Virus record (IMG/VR): IMGVR_UViG_3300034013_000894
DNA length: 64,000 nt
Source of the DNA: an uncultured virus (IMG/VR IMGVR_UViG_3300034013_000894)
Lineage: Duplodnaviria > Heunggongvirae > Uroviricota > Caudoviricetes
Strand: one strand, 5' to 3'
Part shown: positions 9,267-18,777 of the stretch, in pieces
How positions within the stretch are numbered: the first letter of the stretch is position 1
Layout of the letters: each line of letters opens with the position of its first letter
Translations under genes and position numbers: made by a program
Notes under the pieces: model-generated
The model's input: only the letters and a program-made list of their open reading frames with translations
Told to the model about the DNA's origin: nothing
Database searches by the model: none

Positions 9267-9674
9267 ATGGCTAGCCGCTTTGATTATGCACCACTGGCCA
9301 GCAAGGTAGTAACCCTACTTGAAAAGTTCGGCACCAAAGGTTGCCGCATTCTGCGAGCAGGCGCGGGCAGCGCTGATGAGGACAAGCCCTGGAAACCAGT
9401 TGGCTGGACTGCGGATCAAGTGATCGCAACCAATATCACAATCGTCAGTGACAATGTGAGCTTTCGTCGAGGCAAGTGGAATGCTCGACAGGCACTGACT
9501 GAAAGCGGTCGAGGTAAGGCTTATGCCGCAGCAAACGTGGACGGCATTGAACCCGGTGACTGGTTGGACGTGCCAAATGGTAAGGGTGGATGGGAGAGCT
9601 TCGGCATTACCCGTGCAGAACAAGTAGCACCTGGCGGCACAAATGTGCTGTGGGAATTGACGCTGAGGAGCTGA
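9267..9674 (+). CDS. head closure / head-tail joining protein
   Basis: Position and size; LL.KFG ... PW.P ... V.PGGT.VLW.L.LR pattern. Confidence 0.65.
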   Translation: MASRFDYAPLASKVVTLLEKFGTKGCRILRAGAGSADEDKPWKPVGWTADQVIATNITIVSDNVSFRRGKWNARQALTESGRGKAYAAANVDGIEPGDWLDVPNGKGGWESFGITRAEQVAPGGTNVLWELTLRS

Positions 9675-9675
9675 C

Positions 9676-10137
9676 ATGGCTTATGGACCAGACCTAGAGC
9701 AGGTCTATGACACAATCTTTAACCAGTTTCTCACAACCTGGGAAGCGCAAACTCCCGCTTTGAACGGCGGGGTCATGCCTCCAATTGAGTGGCCAGATGA
9801 GCCAAGCCCCGAGGTTCCTTTAAGCAAAGGCAAAACTCCATGGTGCCGGATCGGTGCAAGACACCAAGAACGCTACACCACAACTATTGGGTATCAATTA
9901 CCTGGCCAAGGCCGGGTTAAAGCTTACGGGGTTGTCAAAGTCAACATATTCGTGCCGGCAGGGAAGCGAGGGCTCGCCTTCGCAGCGCGTCTGGGCAAGG
10001 TCGCGGTTGCAGCCTTCGAGGGCCAGCGCGCCGGTGATATATGGTTCACCGACGTTGTGCCTCAGGAGGTCGGCGTAGACGGAGCCTGGTATCAGTTTGA
10101 CGTCAAAGCCACGTTCCACTACGACAACCACCTTTGA
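9676..10137 (+). CDS. tail terminator protein
   Basis: Immediately before the tail tube; G.V.V.IFVP.G.G...AAFEG...WYQ..V...F.YD pattern. Confidence 0.7.
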   Translation: MAYGPDLEQVYDTIFNQFLTTWEAQTPALNGGVMPPIEWPDEPSPEVPLSKGKTPWCRIGARHQERYTTTIGYQLPGQGRVKAYGVVKVNIFVPAGKRGLAFAARLGKVAVAAFEGQRAGDIWFTDVVPQEVGVDGAWYQFDVKATFHYDNHL

Positions 10138-10161
10138 CACAAGACAAGGAGATAGCCACAA

Positions 10162-11661
10162 ATGTCCGCAGGTAACTTCGCCGTAGACTCCAATATCACG
10201 GGTCTCTTTTTTGCTGAGGAAGTCCTCGGCTCCCCCAAAACTCTCAGCTCCCCGATTTGGTATCCGGTTGAGCCAAACAGCTATGGTGAGTTTGGCGCAC
10301 AAACCAAGACGGTGAAGCGTGAACCTATCACCGCCTCGCGCCAGAAGCGCAAAGGTGCGGTTGTGGGTATTGACGTTGTTGCAGGCTTCAACCTGGACTT
10401 CACGTCCAAGGTGCCCTACATCATGATGCAGGGTTTTATGTTTGCTGACTGGCGGGCCAAGGACAATATGGCTCCGACCGCAGTGTCTGGCACCCAGTAT
10501 ACTGTGGCTTCGGGTGGTGCGGCCTTTCTTGCCAATGACCTGCTCTTTGCCGAGAACTTCAATGTTCCAGGCAACAACGGCCTCAAGGTTCCGACTGCCT
10601 CGACCGCAACCACTATCAGTGTCCCAGGTTTGGCGGCTGAAGCCTCGCCACCGAGCACCGCGCGTATCACCCGCGTCGGCCGTCAAGGCGCTGCAGGCGA
10701 CTACACCCTCACTGTTGTGAACAGCCGAGCTCAGCTCAACTGCACCACTGGTAACTTCTTGACCCTGGGCCTGATCCCAGGTGAGTGGGTGTTCCTTGGT
10801 GGTGACACAACTATCGCCCAGTTTGCCACGGCTACCTGCAATGGCTGGTATCGGGTCTTCTCGGTTGCCAACCACACGATCGTGTTCGATCGCTGGCCAG
10901 GTGACGTCAATGGTGACCCTGTTGCAGACACCGGCGCAACCAAGACCATCCAGCTGTTCCTTGGGCACTGCATCAAGAACGAAGCTACGCCGGTGCTTCA
11001 GAAGTTCCGCACCTACCAGTTCGAGCGCTTCCTTGGTGGCACCCGCTATCAGTATGAGCTTGGCTGCGGCGCGAACACGCTGAAGGTCAATGTCAAGACG
11101 AACGACAAGGTGACGCTGGACATGTCCTACGTTGCCCTCGATGAAGACCTGACGCAGGTGGCCGCCAAACCCGGCACTCGCGCCGCCCTCGAGAAGGAAG
11201 TCGTGTTCAACTCGGCTACGAGCTTTAGCCGTCTGCGTCTGCTTGGCGCCGATGGGAAGACCCCGGTGACCTCGATCATGACGGACCTGACCCTCACGAT
11301 CGACAACGGCATCGAGCCTCTGGATGGCATCACGAATGCTCTGGGCTCGGTGGACCTCAAGGCCAGTGACTTCACGGTCAGTGGCAGCATTGAGGCCTAT
11401 CTGTCAACCCTGGCGGCGGTTGCTGCGGTCAAGGCCAACCCGGATTGCTCGATCGACTTTGGCATGGTCGAGAATGTGGGCACCAATGCTACGGGCTGGC
11501 TGTTCGACGTGCCCCTCCTGATGCTCGGTGACGGGCGTTTGAAGGTGGAGAAGGACAAGCCGATCAAGCTGCCTGTCAACCTCGACGCCGCCGGCCATGA
11601 AACGCTGAACCACACCCTGCTGGCCATGCGGTTTGCCTACCTCCCGCAGCTCGCCCTCTAA
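10162..11661 (+). CDS. major tail tube protein
   Basis: 499 aa; DSN.TGL..AEE, W...EPNSY..FG, R.PI..SRQ..KG motifs; AAGGAG RBS. Confidence 0.85.
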   Translation: MSAGNFAVDSNITGLFFAEEVLGSPKTLSSPIWYPVEPNSYGEFGAQTKTVKREPITASRQKRKGAVVGIDVVAGFNLDFTSKVPYIMMQGFMFADWRAKDNMAPTAVSGTQYTVASGGAAFLANDLLFAENFNVPGNNGLKVPTASTATTISVPGLAAEASPPSTARITRVGRQGAAGDYTLTVVNSRAQLNCTTGNFLTLGLIPGEWVFLGGDTTIAQFATATCNGWYRVFSVANHTIVFDRWPGDVNGDPVADTGATKTIQLFLGHCIKNEATPVLQKFRTYQFERFLGGTRYQYELGCGANTLKVNVKTNDKVTLDMSYVALDEDLTQVAAKPGTRAALEKEVVFNSATSFSRLRLLGADGKTPVTSIMTDLTLTIDNGIEPLDGITNALGSVDLKASDFTVSGSIEAYLSTLAAVAAVKANPDCSIDFGMVENVGTNATGWLFDVPLLMLGDGRLKVEKDKPIKLPVNLDAAGHETLNHTLLAMRFAYLPQLAL

Positions 11662-11690
11662 GGCAGCTAACTGCCCTACAAGGGCTCGCC

Positions 11691-11726
11691 GGGCTCGCCC
11701 CTCCAGTTATGGAAGGGCGAGCCTTC
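11691..11726 (+). terminator. hairpin after tail tube gene (possible terminator)
   Basis: GGGCTCGCCC...GGGCGAGCCT stem with a weak U tract. Confidence 0.4.
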
Positions 11727-11777
11727 GCGTATCTGGCGACGGCCCACAGATTGACATTAAGAAGGAGCGACAAATAC

Positions 11778-12230
11778 ATGAGCACTACCTCCAACCCGTT
11801 CGACATGTTCGAGACCGACAACTCTCTGGAGACCCAGGGTATTGTCGTGGACTATGGACAGTTCTGGATCAAGATTGGCCGCATCGATGTGCCCGGCACC
11901 CCGTTCGCCACTTTCATGACTGAAAAGATGCGGCCTTATACCCGCGCGATCCAGCTCGGCGAAATGGACAACAAGATTGCGGAGGAAATCCTTCGTGAGG
12001 GCTTTGCCAAGTATCTGACCTTCTCGTGGGGCTCGAAGGAGCATGGCGAAGGGGTGATGGTCGGCCGGTTTGATCTCAAGACCAAGAAGTCGACGGCGAT
12101 CGAGTTCACCCCTGAGAATGTCATTGACGTCTACAAGACCTTGCCGAAGCTGTTCCAGGACCTGCTTGAGCAGTCCCGCGACTTCACCAATTTCCGTAAA
12201 GCCAAGGTCGAGACCGACGCGGGAAACTGA
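11778..12230 (+). CDS. tail assembly chaperone (gpG-like)
   Basis: Follows the tail tube; ATG 11778 behind AAGGAG; ends in slippery G GGA AAC TGA. Confidence 0.8.
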   Translation: MSTTSNPFDMFETDNSLETQGIVVDYGQFWIKIGRIDVPGTPFATFMTEKMRPYTRAIQLGEMDNKIAEEILREGFAKYLTFSWGSKEHGEGVMVGRFDLKTKKSTAIEFTPENVIDVYKTLPKLFQDLLEQSRDFTNFRKAKVETDAGN

Positions 12231-12577
12231 TTGCGGTCCTGCAATACTGCCTCGAGCAAGGCCCGCACGAGAAAGAGGTGGTAAGGCAGCACGTCAAGGC
12301 GCGCATGGCAATCCCTGAAAAGATTGCCGGCGCGCCTCGGCTCCGCGAGGATTTGCGGTGGGTCTGGGATGCGTTCTCAGACCTTACCACAGAACGGGCA
12401 CCAGGATCGATGGGACCGCCAGGGCATATACCCTGGCGGGCTATCTATACCTACTGCCAAGTGCATGGAATACGCGGGGTCCAGTTCGACCACTTCAAAG
12501 AGGTGGTCAAATCTATGGACGATGCCTACCTTGAGCATCTGGCCAAAAAGATTAAGGATGCAAATGACGGGAGCTGA
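12221..12577 (+). CDS. tail assembly chaperone gpT-like extension reached by -1 frameshift
   Basis: Heptamer GGGAAAC at 12221-12227; the -1 frame is open (KLIAVLQYCLEQGPHEKEVVRQH...) to the stop at 12577; W.AF.DL..ER...IPW.AI..Y motif. Confidence 0.8.
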   Translation, partial: GKLIAVLQYCLEQGPHEKEVVRQHVKARMAIPEKIAGAPRLREDLRWVWDAFSDLTTERAPGSMGPPGHIPWRAIYTYCQVHGIRGVQFDHFKEVVKSMDDAYLEHLAKKIKDANDGS

Positions 12578-12579
12578 CC

Positions 12580-13017
12580 ATGGCCGAGCCGGCAGAGTTT
12601 GAACGACGTATTCAATCCATTGGCGTTCGAGTGGCAGAAGGTGGGGACCGTATAGTCCGCATGGCTTTTCTCAAAATTGACCAAGCAGTAGTTCTGGCTA
12701 CGCCAGTAGACAAAGGCACGGCTCGTTCTAATTGGTTGCCTGGTTTTGACAATCCCGTCTCCGGTCAACGTGAGGCCTTTGTGCCCGGAACCGGAGGTTC
12801 AACAGGTGGGGCCAATGCACAAGCTGCAATGAACGCGGCTAAAGAATTAGCGGATGGCTATGACGGGGATCAACACAAATCCCTGCATCTTACTAACAAT
12901 CTACCGTATATTGCGCGGCTCAACGAAGGCTCGTCCACACAGGCACCAGAGCTATTTGTCGAGACAGCCGTGGGGACCGCAGTGGGCTCGGTCCGAGGAG
13001 CAAAGGTGTTAGACTGA
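12580..13017 (+). CDS. tail completion/neck protein (HK97 gp10-like)
   Basis: TPVDKGTARSNW and NNLPYIARLNEGSSTQAP motifs. Confidence 0.8.
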   Translation: MAEPAEFERRIQSIGVRVAEGGDRIVRMAFLKIDQAVVLATPVDKGTARSNWLPGFDNPVSGQREAFVPGTGGSTGGANAQAAMNAAKELADGYDGDQHKSLHLTNNLPYIARLNEGSSTQAPELFVETAVGTAVGSVRGAKVLD

Positions 13018-13018
13018 T

Positions 13019-16000
13019 ATGGCATACGAACGGCTGGACATTGAAGTCACTGATAATGGGTCCAGCCGGCGGGTTCAACGGAACCTCGAGGACCTAGGCC
13101 GCACGGGCCGTGAAGTCGGCACAACCACTGCCCGCATTGTCCGTGAAGGCTTTGACGCAATTGGCACCGCAGCTGTTCGTGGTATGGGTGCAGCCTCGCA
13201 GGCTACCTCTTATTTTGGCGGAGTTCTTCGCGACCTGCAGGGACGTTTCTCTGGGGTTACCTCTTCTGCATCCGCAATGGTCTCGTCTCTAGTGGCCGGC
13301 ACTCTCACGGCTGCTCGGTCAATGGGCACACTTACGGGTGTGAGTGTGGCGGCTCGAGCCGCAATCCTACAGCTTGGTATTAACGGGGCGGCGGCCCTGC
13401 TCGTCGTGCAGCTTCGGGCAGAAGCTGCGGCACTTGCTATCGGCCGTATGGGCTCGGAGGCTGCTCGTCTTGCCTCCTCTTTTGGCTCACGTGCGGGTAA
13501 CGCGCTAGGGGCAATCCCAGGTCAGTTCACCCAGATTGGTTCCGCAGCTCAAGGCGCAGCGGCTCGTCTTGGGTCTGCTGCTAGTGCGGCTCGTGGGAAC
13601 ATGAGCTCTTTCCTCCAGTCTATCCGTAACGGAGCAAGCTCCGCTGCACAGGCCGTATCCAATATGTTCGGTCGCTTCTTTGGCGGCGGAGGCAGTGGTG
13701 GGGGTGGTGGAGCCAGCGGGGCAGGCGCTGCCGCGGGCGGTGCGGCTCGAGGCATCAACTCTATTGAGGATGCCGCGCGGCGGGCTTCGTCCGCGCTCAT
13801 CACCATGAACACTCTGATGTATTCGCTGCAAATCGGCATGATCGCCGTGCTTGCGGTGAGGTGGGCAGATGAGTGGCAGAGCATTCAAAACAAGCTAGAC
13901 CTTGTCACTTCTTCAACGGAGGAATTGGGGGCAGCTAACCAGCGACTGTTTGAGATTGCGCAGCGCACTCGTTCAGGATATGCCGACGTGGTGGACTTGT
14001 TCCAATCACTTCGTTTGCAAGCTGAAAATCTGGGTCTTTCTATGAAGGCCACTGCTGACCTCACTGAGACCATCTCCATGGCTTCTCAGATTGGTAGCCG
14101 GGGTCCTCAACAGGCCGCTGCAGGTATTTTGCAGTTGACACAGGCTATGGCACTTGGTCGTTTGTCTGGCCAAAACCTTAACTCTGTGTTGCAATCTACC
14201 CCGCGCATTTCTATTGCTATTGCTCAGGGATTGGGGGTAACCACCTCTGCATTGCGGGGACTAGCCGAGGGTAAGAAGCTTACCGCAGACGTGATTACCC
14301 GTGCCTTGCAAGGTCAAGCACGGGTAATTGCTGAGGAGTTTTTGCGACTCAAGCCTACTATCAGCAGCGCCTTTGCCGTGCTGAACAACGCTGCGATTGA
14401 GTTCATGGGTAACCTTGAGCGTAGCACTGGCTTTGCTTCAGGCCTGGCTTCTGTGGTAATTTTACTGTCCCGCAATATGGACGTGCTTGCAATGATTGTG
14501 ACAGCTGTGGGTTCAGCACTCATGGTTGCGTTTGGAGGCGCGGTTCGCCGCGCTATTGTGGCCACTAGCCTTGCCATCGCGGCCAATCCTATTGGTGCGG
14601 TCATTGCTTTGGTTACCAGCCTAGTTGCTGCGGTCATCTTTTTAGGGGATCGCTTCTCAGTTACCTCCGATGGCATGGTGTCCGCTCTTGATTATATCAA
14701 GGGAGCCTTCTCGCTTCTGTGGGACGTGGTAGCCAACTTTGGTGAAACGATGTCGGCCATCTGGGCAGCTGTTGGTCCCGAAGTTCAAGGGGTAGCCACT
14801 ACTATTTGGGAGTGGATCAGCTGGGCCTTCATGGGCATCCTGAGCATTGCCAAGACCGTCATCAACGCAGTCATTGGCTTGTTCGTGTTCACTTACAATG
14901 CAGTGGTCATCACCTGGAACAAGCTGCCTGCAGCGATCCAGAATGCTTTTGCCTTGGCCATCAACTGGGTGGCCGAAAAGTTTGAAGGTCTTATCAATTC
15001 CTTGATTGGTGGGATCAATGCTCTGTCCAGTTACTTTGGCATGGGTCAGATTGGTGAAGTAAGTATTGGTCGCATGGCAGATACTGGTGCAATGGCCGAT
15101 TATTATGGAAGCCTAGGTCGTGCCGCGGGTAATGCTTTTGGCACTGACTACGTGGGCGCAGTAGGTGATGCTCTTGGCACTGTCAATGGCATGGTCATGG
15201 ATCGTGCTCGTGGGTTTTCACAGCGTCGTCGAGCAGGTGGTAGTGAGCTGTCCGATGTTCCGGGGGTTGCAACCCCTTATAGTAGTGAGGGCGCCGGTTC
15301 GGGTGGCTCGGGCAGTAACGGGCGCGGTTCGCGCCGCCTCTCTCGGGCCGAGATGATCCAGGAAGAGATGACACGCATCCATGATGAGACGGTGACTGCA
15401 GCAAATACTACTTACACCTATCTGGATCGCGCAGCCTATGAGGCGTTGGATAAGTTCAACTCCGGTCTGCGCTCTCGCAAGGATCAAAGTGGCAATCCTT
15501 TTGGTGTGCTTAACCCACAAGAAGAGCAAGCAATGTTGCAGGCTATCCTTGGCCTTGACCGGGCTAAGCGCATCCAGGAAGCTCGCGACGATGTGATGCG
15601 TCAGGCTATTGGCCCTCGCCTCAAGTATATTGAGACGGAAGAAGCCATCGGCCAGCTTTTGCGCTCGAACGCCATTAGCGCGGGTGAAGCAGAGCGGGCT
15701 TACCTTGATGCAGCCATTGAGTTCTACCAGACTCGCGAAGATCGCGTCTCTGGTCAGATGCTTGGTCGCCTGCAGATCATGAAGGAAATGCGTAACCAGG
15801 CTCAGCCTCTGGCCAATGCCATGAAGTCTATCTGGGAAGAGCAGACTGGTCCGATGCGTGAGTATCAGACGGCCCTCGAAGCCATTGCGGCTCTCGAGCG
15901 TGACCGCATGCTCACCGCCCAGCAGGCTGCCGACGCAACCCGCAACGCCACGATTGCTTATCTGGATACCCAGACGGACGCCGCTTCGGGTGTAACCCGC

Positions 16001-16963
16001 GCCCTGATGAAAATCCAGCAGGAGGCTGCGAACGTTGCTCAGCAGATGGAGACACTGTTCTCCAACGCTTTCTCAAACCTTGAGGACGCGTGGGTAGAGC
16101 TTACCAAGACGGGCAAGTTCGACCTGAGCAGCTTCTTTGATGGCCTGCAAGAAGATATTGCCCGCGCCACTTTTAAGCAGTATATTGGTGGACCTCTTGC
16201 GGGTCTTCTTGAGGGTCAGCTGGGTATTAAGCTGCCTGGGCTGGCCGGTCCTGTGGGTGAAAGCCGCCAAAATCCAATGTGGACTCGGAGTGCAGATGCC
16301 CCGCTTCCGGGGGTTGATGGTCAAAACCCACTAGGTGGTCTGTTTGATCTATTTGGTCTGGGCAATGATCCGTTTGGTCTAGGTGGCGTGGCGGGCGATA
16401 TGAACACCACGTTGGGTGGGTTTAACGATGACCTAGGCACTACTTTGGATACTGGAGCACAGGCTTTTGGTAATGAACTGGGTGCAGGTATTGGTGCTCT
16501 AGGTGGATTGCTTGGTAACCTAATTGGTGGCAAAGCCGGTGGCATCATCAGCACCATTGCCCAAGGCGCCTCCATGATCCTGCCCGCTCTAGGCATCGGG
16601 TTTGCTACAGGCGGTAGCTTCACCGTGCGGGACCGGGATGACTACGGTGACTTTGCAACCGGTGGTGGCTTCACCGTCGGCGGTGGCGGTGGAGTAGACA
16701 GCCAGTTGGTGTCTTTCCGTGCCTCTCCTGGTGAGCGAGTAAACATCGAACGGGCTGGGCAGGTCAACGACAAAAGTGGCGGTGGCGGAGTGAGTGTTGC
16801 TTTCAGTATTGACGCTCGAGGGGCAGATGCTTCGGTTGAACAGCGCATCCGCGCTGCAATCGCTGAAGCTACCCCACAAATCGTAACGGCCGCTCGGCAG
16901 GGTTCTGCTCAAGATCGTCAGTATGAAATGAGCCGCATGCCTGTCGGCTCCCGCAGGAGCTGA
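13019..16963 (+). CDS. tape measure protein
   Basis: 1314 aa, Ala/Gly-rich; tape-measure domain (LFEIAQRTR...QLTQAMALGRLSGQNLNSVL), hydrophobic segments, C-terminal FATGG. Confidence 0.93.
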   Translation: MAYERLDIEVTDNGSSRRVQRNLEDLGRTGREVGTTTARIVREGFDAIGTAAVRGMGAASQATSYFGGVLRDLQGRFSGVTSSASAMVSSLVAGTLTAARSMGTLTGVSVAARAAILQLGINGAAALLVVQLRAEAAALAIGRMGSEAARLASSFGSRAGNALGAIPGQFTQIGSAAQGAAARLGSAASAARGNMSSFLQSIRNGASSAAQAVSNMFGRFFGGGGSGGGGGASGAGAAAGGAARGINSIEDAARRASSALITMNTLMYSLQIGMIAVLAVRWADEWQSIQNKLDLVTSSTEELGAANQRLFEIAQRTRSGYADVVDLFQSLRLQAENLGLSMKATADLTETISMASQIGSRGPQQAAAGILQLTQAMALGRLSGQNLNSVLQSTPRISIAIAQGLGVTTSALRGLAEGKKLTADVITRALQGQARVIAEEFLRLKPTISSAFAVLNNAAIEFMGNLERSTGFASGLASVVILLSRNMDVLAMIVTAVGSALMVAFGGAVRRAIVATSLAIAANPIGAVIALVTSLVAAVIFLGDRFSVTSDGMVSALDYIKGAFSLLWDVVANFGETMSAIWAAVGPEVQGVATTIWEWISWAFMGILSIAKTVINAVIGLFVFTYNAVVITWNKLPAAIQNAFALAINWVAEKFEGLINSLIGGINALSSYFGMGQIGEVSIGRMADTGAMADYYGSLGRAAGNAFGTDYVGAVGDALGTVNGMVMDRARGFSQRRRAGGSELSDVPGVATPYSSEGAGSGGSGSNGRGSRRLSRAEMIQEEMTRIHDETVTAANTTYTYLDRAAYEALDKFNSGLRSRKDQSGNPFGVLNPQEEQAMLQAILGLDRAKRIQEARDDVMRQAIGPRLKYIETEEAIGQLLRSNAISAGEAERAYLDAAIEFYQTREDRVSGQMLGRLQIMKEMRNQAQPLANAMKSIWEEQTGPMREYQTALEAIAALERDRMLTAQQAADATRNATIAYLDTQTDAASGVTRALMKIQQEAANVAQQMETLFSNAFSNLEDAWVELTKTGKFDLSSFFDGLQEDIARATFKQYIGGPLAGLLEGQLGIKLPGLAGPVGESRQNPMWTRSADAPLPGVDGQNPLGGLFDLFGLGNDPFGLGGVAGDMNTTLGGFNDDLGTTLDTGAQAFGNELGAGIGALGGLLGNLIGGKAGGIISTIAQGASMILPALGIGFATGGSFTVRDRDDYGDFATGGGFTVGGGGGVDSQLVSFRASPGERVNIERAGQVNDKSGGGGVSVAFSIDARGADASVEQRIRAAIAEATPQIVTAARQGSAQDRQYEMSRMPVGSRRS

Positions 16964-16972
16964 GGAATATAA

Positions 16973-17584
16973 ATGGCACTGGTGACTTTCCCCACACAGA
17001 CCTATTTTGAAAGTGTCTCGCGGTTGCAGCTTTTACGTTCAACGTATGAGCTGCGGTCGCGGTATACTGGCAAGCGTCAGGTTGTGGTCCTTCCCTTTGC
17101 TCTTTGGCAATTTGAGGGGAAACTGCTACCACAGACGGGCCTTAGTGCTGGTCGCTGGCGTAGTTTCTTGGCTCAATTGCGGGGTCGAGCAAATACATTC
17201 AAATTGGTGGTCCCAGGATCAGAAACTCCGCTCAGTGGGTATACTGGAGCACAAGGCACCGTTCAGACACAAGCTCTGGAGCGGGCAATGTCTGTTGTTA
17301 CCCAGGGATGGACCCCAAACGCGCTCATTCTTGCGGAGGGCGATTATTTCACCGTGAATGACGAGCTCAAGATTGCCACTGCGTCAGTGACAGCAAATGG
17401 GTCAGGCATCGCCACAATTCCCTTCGAGCCCGGCTTGCGTAAGACGCTTAACGTCAGCTCCGTTGTCACGGTGTTCAACCCGTATATGTTACTTGCAGCA
17501 CAAGAGGATGACGCGGCTTCGTGGTCACTTGAGCATCCTGTGCAACATGGTATCACAATCAAAGGTGTGGAGGCCTTCGAGTAA
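16973..17584 (+). CDS. distal tail protein-like
   Basis: Follows TMP; S.YTG..Q...W......FL..LRG....F and GDYF.V..ELK motifs. Confidence 0.65.
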   Translation: MALVTFPTQTYFESVSRLQLLRSTYELRSRYTGKRQVVVLPFALWQFEGKLLPQTGLSAGRWRSFLAQLRGRANTFKLVVPGSETPLSGYTGAQGTVQTQALERAMSVVTQGWTPNALILAEGDYFTVNDELKIATASVTANGSGIATIPFEPGLRKTLNVSSVVTVFNPYMLLAAQEDDAASWSLEHPVQHGITIKGVEAFE

Positions 17585-18271
17585 ATGACTGGTCGTGTTA
17601 TTGATCCGTCGACAGGTATCTTGATCGACTCGCCCACCGTTGGGTGGGCTTATTTTATTCGGTTGGATATTGACGCGGACCCAATCATCGCCTGGACAGG
17701 TTTTGGGGCGTATGCCTTTGCGTCTAATTATCCTGACGCGGCTTTGGCGGGCAAGACTTTTGATGGGATAACCCATCTTGTTGGTGAAGTCAGCCCAGTG
17801 ACTGAAGGCCAGGGTGGTTCCGAAGCATTGATGCTCACATTGCCGGGGGTCAATATGACCGATGAGGCAATGCGCCAGGTGGTATATGATCGCCGGCGTT
17901 GGCAGTTCCGTCCTGCTTGGGTGTGGGTTGCCTTGCTTGACGCTACTGGTGCTATTGTGGGCGCTCCGATCCGGCTCAAGAGTGGCCGCATGGATCAGAT
18001 GACCGTGACGGAAGAGGATGACGGGTCTGGCACAGTTCGTTGTCAGATTGAGTCCGCACAGTCATATCAGGGTGAAGCCTTAGCTACCCGCTATTCCGAA
18101 CAGAAAGAGTTGGATAGCACAGACCTCAGTCAGGACTATGTATGGCAGCTAGCCAATATGACCCCGGCTATTGGTGAAAAGACCAATCTGGTTGCTTCGT
18201 CTCCTGGATATGGCGGTGGCTACAACAACAGCCCGTCTTATGGACGGTGGAACAACTTTGGGCAGCAATGA
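17585..18271 (+). CDS. minor tail protein (gpL-like tail tip)
   Basis: Position in tail-tip module; WTG.G...L.LTL.G...GRMD.M pattern. Confidence 0.6.
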   Translation: MTGRVIDPSTGILIDSPTVGWAYFIRLDIDADPIIAWTGFGAYAFASNYPDAALAGKTFDGITHLVGEVSPVTEGQGGSEALMLTLPGVNMTDEAMRQVVYDRRRWQFRPAWVWVALLDATGAIVGAPIRLKSGRMDQMTVTEEDDGSGTVRCQIESAQSYQGEALATRYSEQKELDSTDLSQDYVWQLANMTPAIGEKTNLVASSPGYGGGYNNSPSYGRWNNFGQQ

Positions 18272-18272
18272 C

Positions 18273-18755
18273 ATGGATGAAGAAGTTGGTATTAAGGCTA
18301 CCCGCCTTAAAGGTTGGGATGACAATCTGCATGCACTCATTGTTGCCCGACGAGAAGCCCCCTTTGAATGGGGCCAACACGATTGTTGCCTTTGGGTCGG
18401 AGATGCCGTCCTGGCCATGACCGGGTTCGACCCTGCGGAAGAGTATCGTGGGGCTTACTCAACCGCCCTGGGTGCCAAGCGGAAGATGTTCGAACTGGAC
18501 GGTGTAGAGACTCCCGAAGCCCTAGCTGATAAGGTATTCGGCGAGCGCCTTCCGATAGCCTTCGCGCGTATCGGAGACATCGTGGTGGCCGATCCTGAAG
18601 CGGTCGGCTTCTTGTCAGAGAACGGAACCACGGCAATGGGTAAAGTGCTGGGTATTTGTTATGGTCGGACTTCACTATTCGTAGGCTCCGAAGAGAACCA
18701 CCACGGGCTAATCACCCTGAGAACATTAGGGCTGGAGTGGTGCTACCGCGTCTAG
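18273..18755 (+). CDS. tail assembly protein, NlpC/P60-like (gpK/DUF6950-like)
   Basis: PFEWGQHDCC...D.V.AMTG.DP....RG.Y and ARIGDIV motifs. Confidence 0.7.
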   Translation: MDEEVGIKATRLKGWDDNLHALIVARREAPFEWGQHDCCLWVGDAVLAMTGFDPAEEYRGAYSTALGAKRKMFELDGVETPEALADKVFGERLPIAFARIGDIVVADPEAVGFLSENGTTAMGKVLGICYGRTSLFVGSEENHHGLITLRTLGLEWCYRV

Positions 18756-18777
18756 CCAAACTTTCGGAGGTTGGTAA

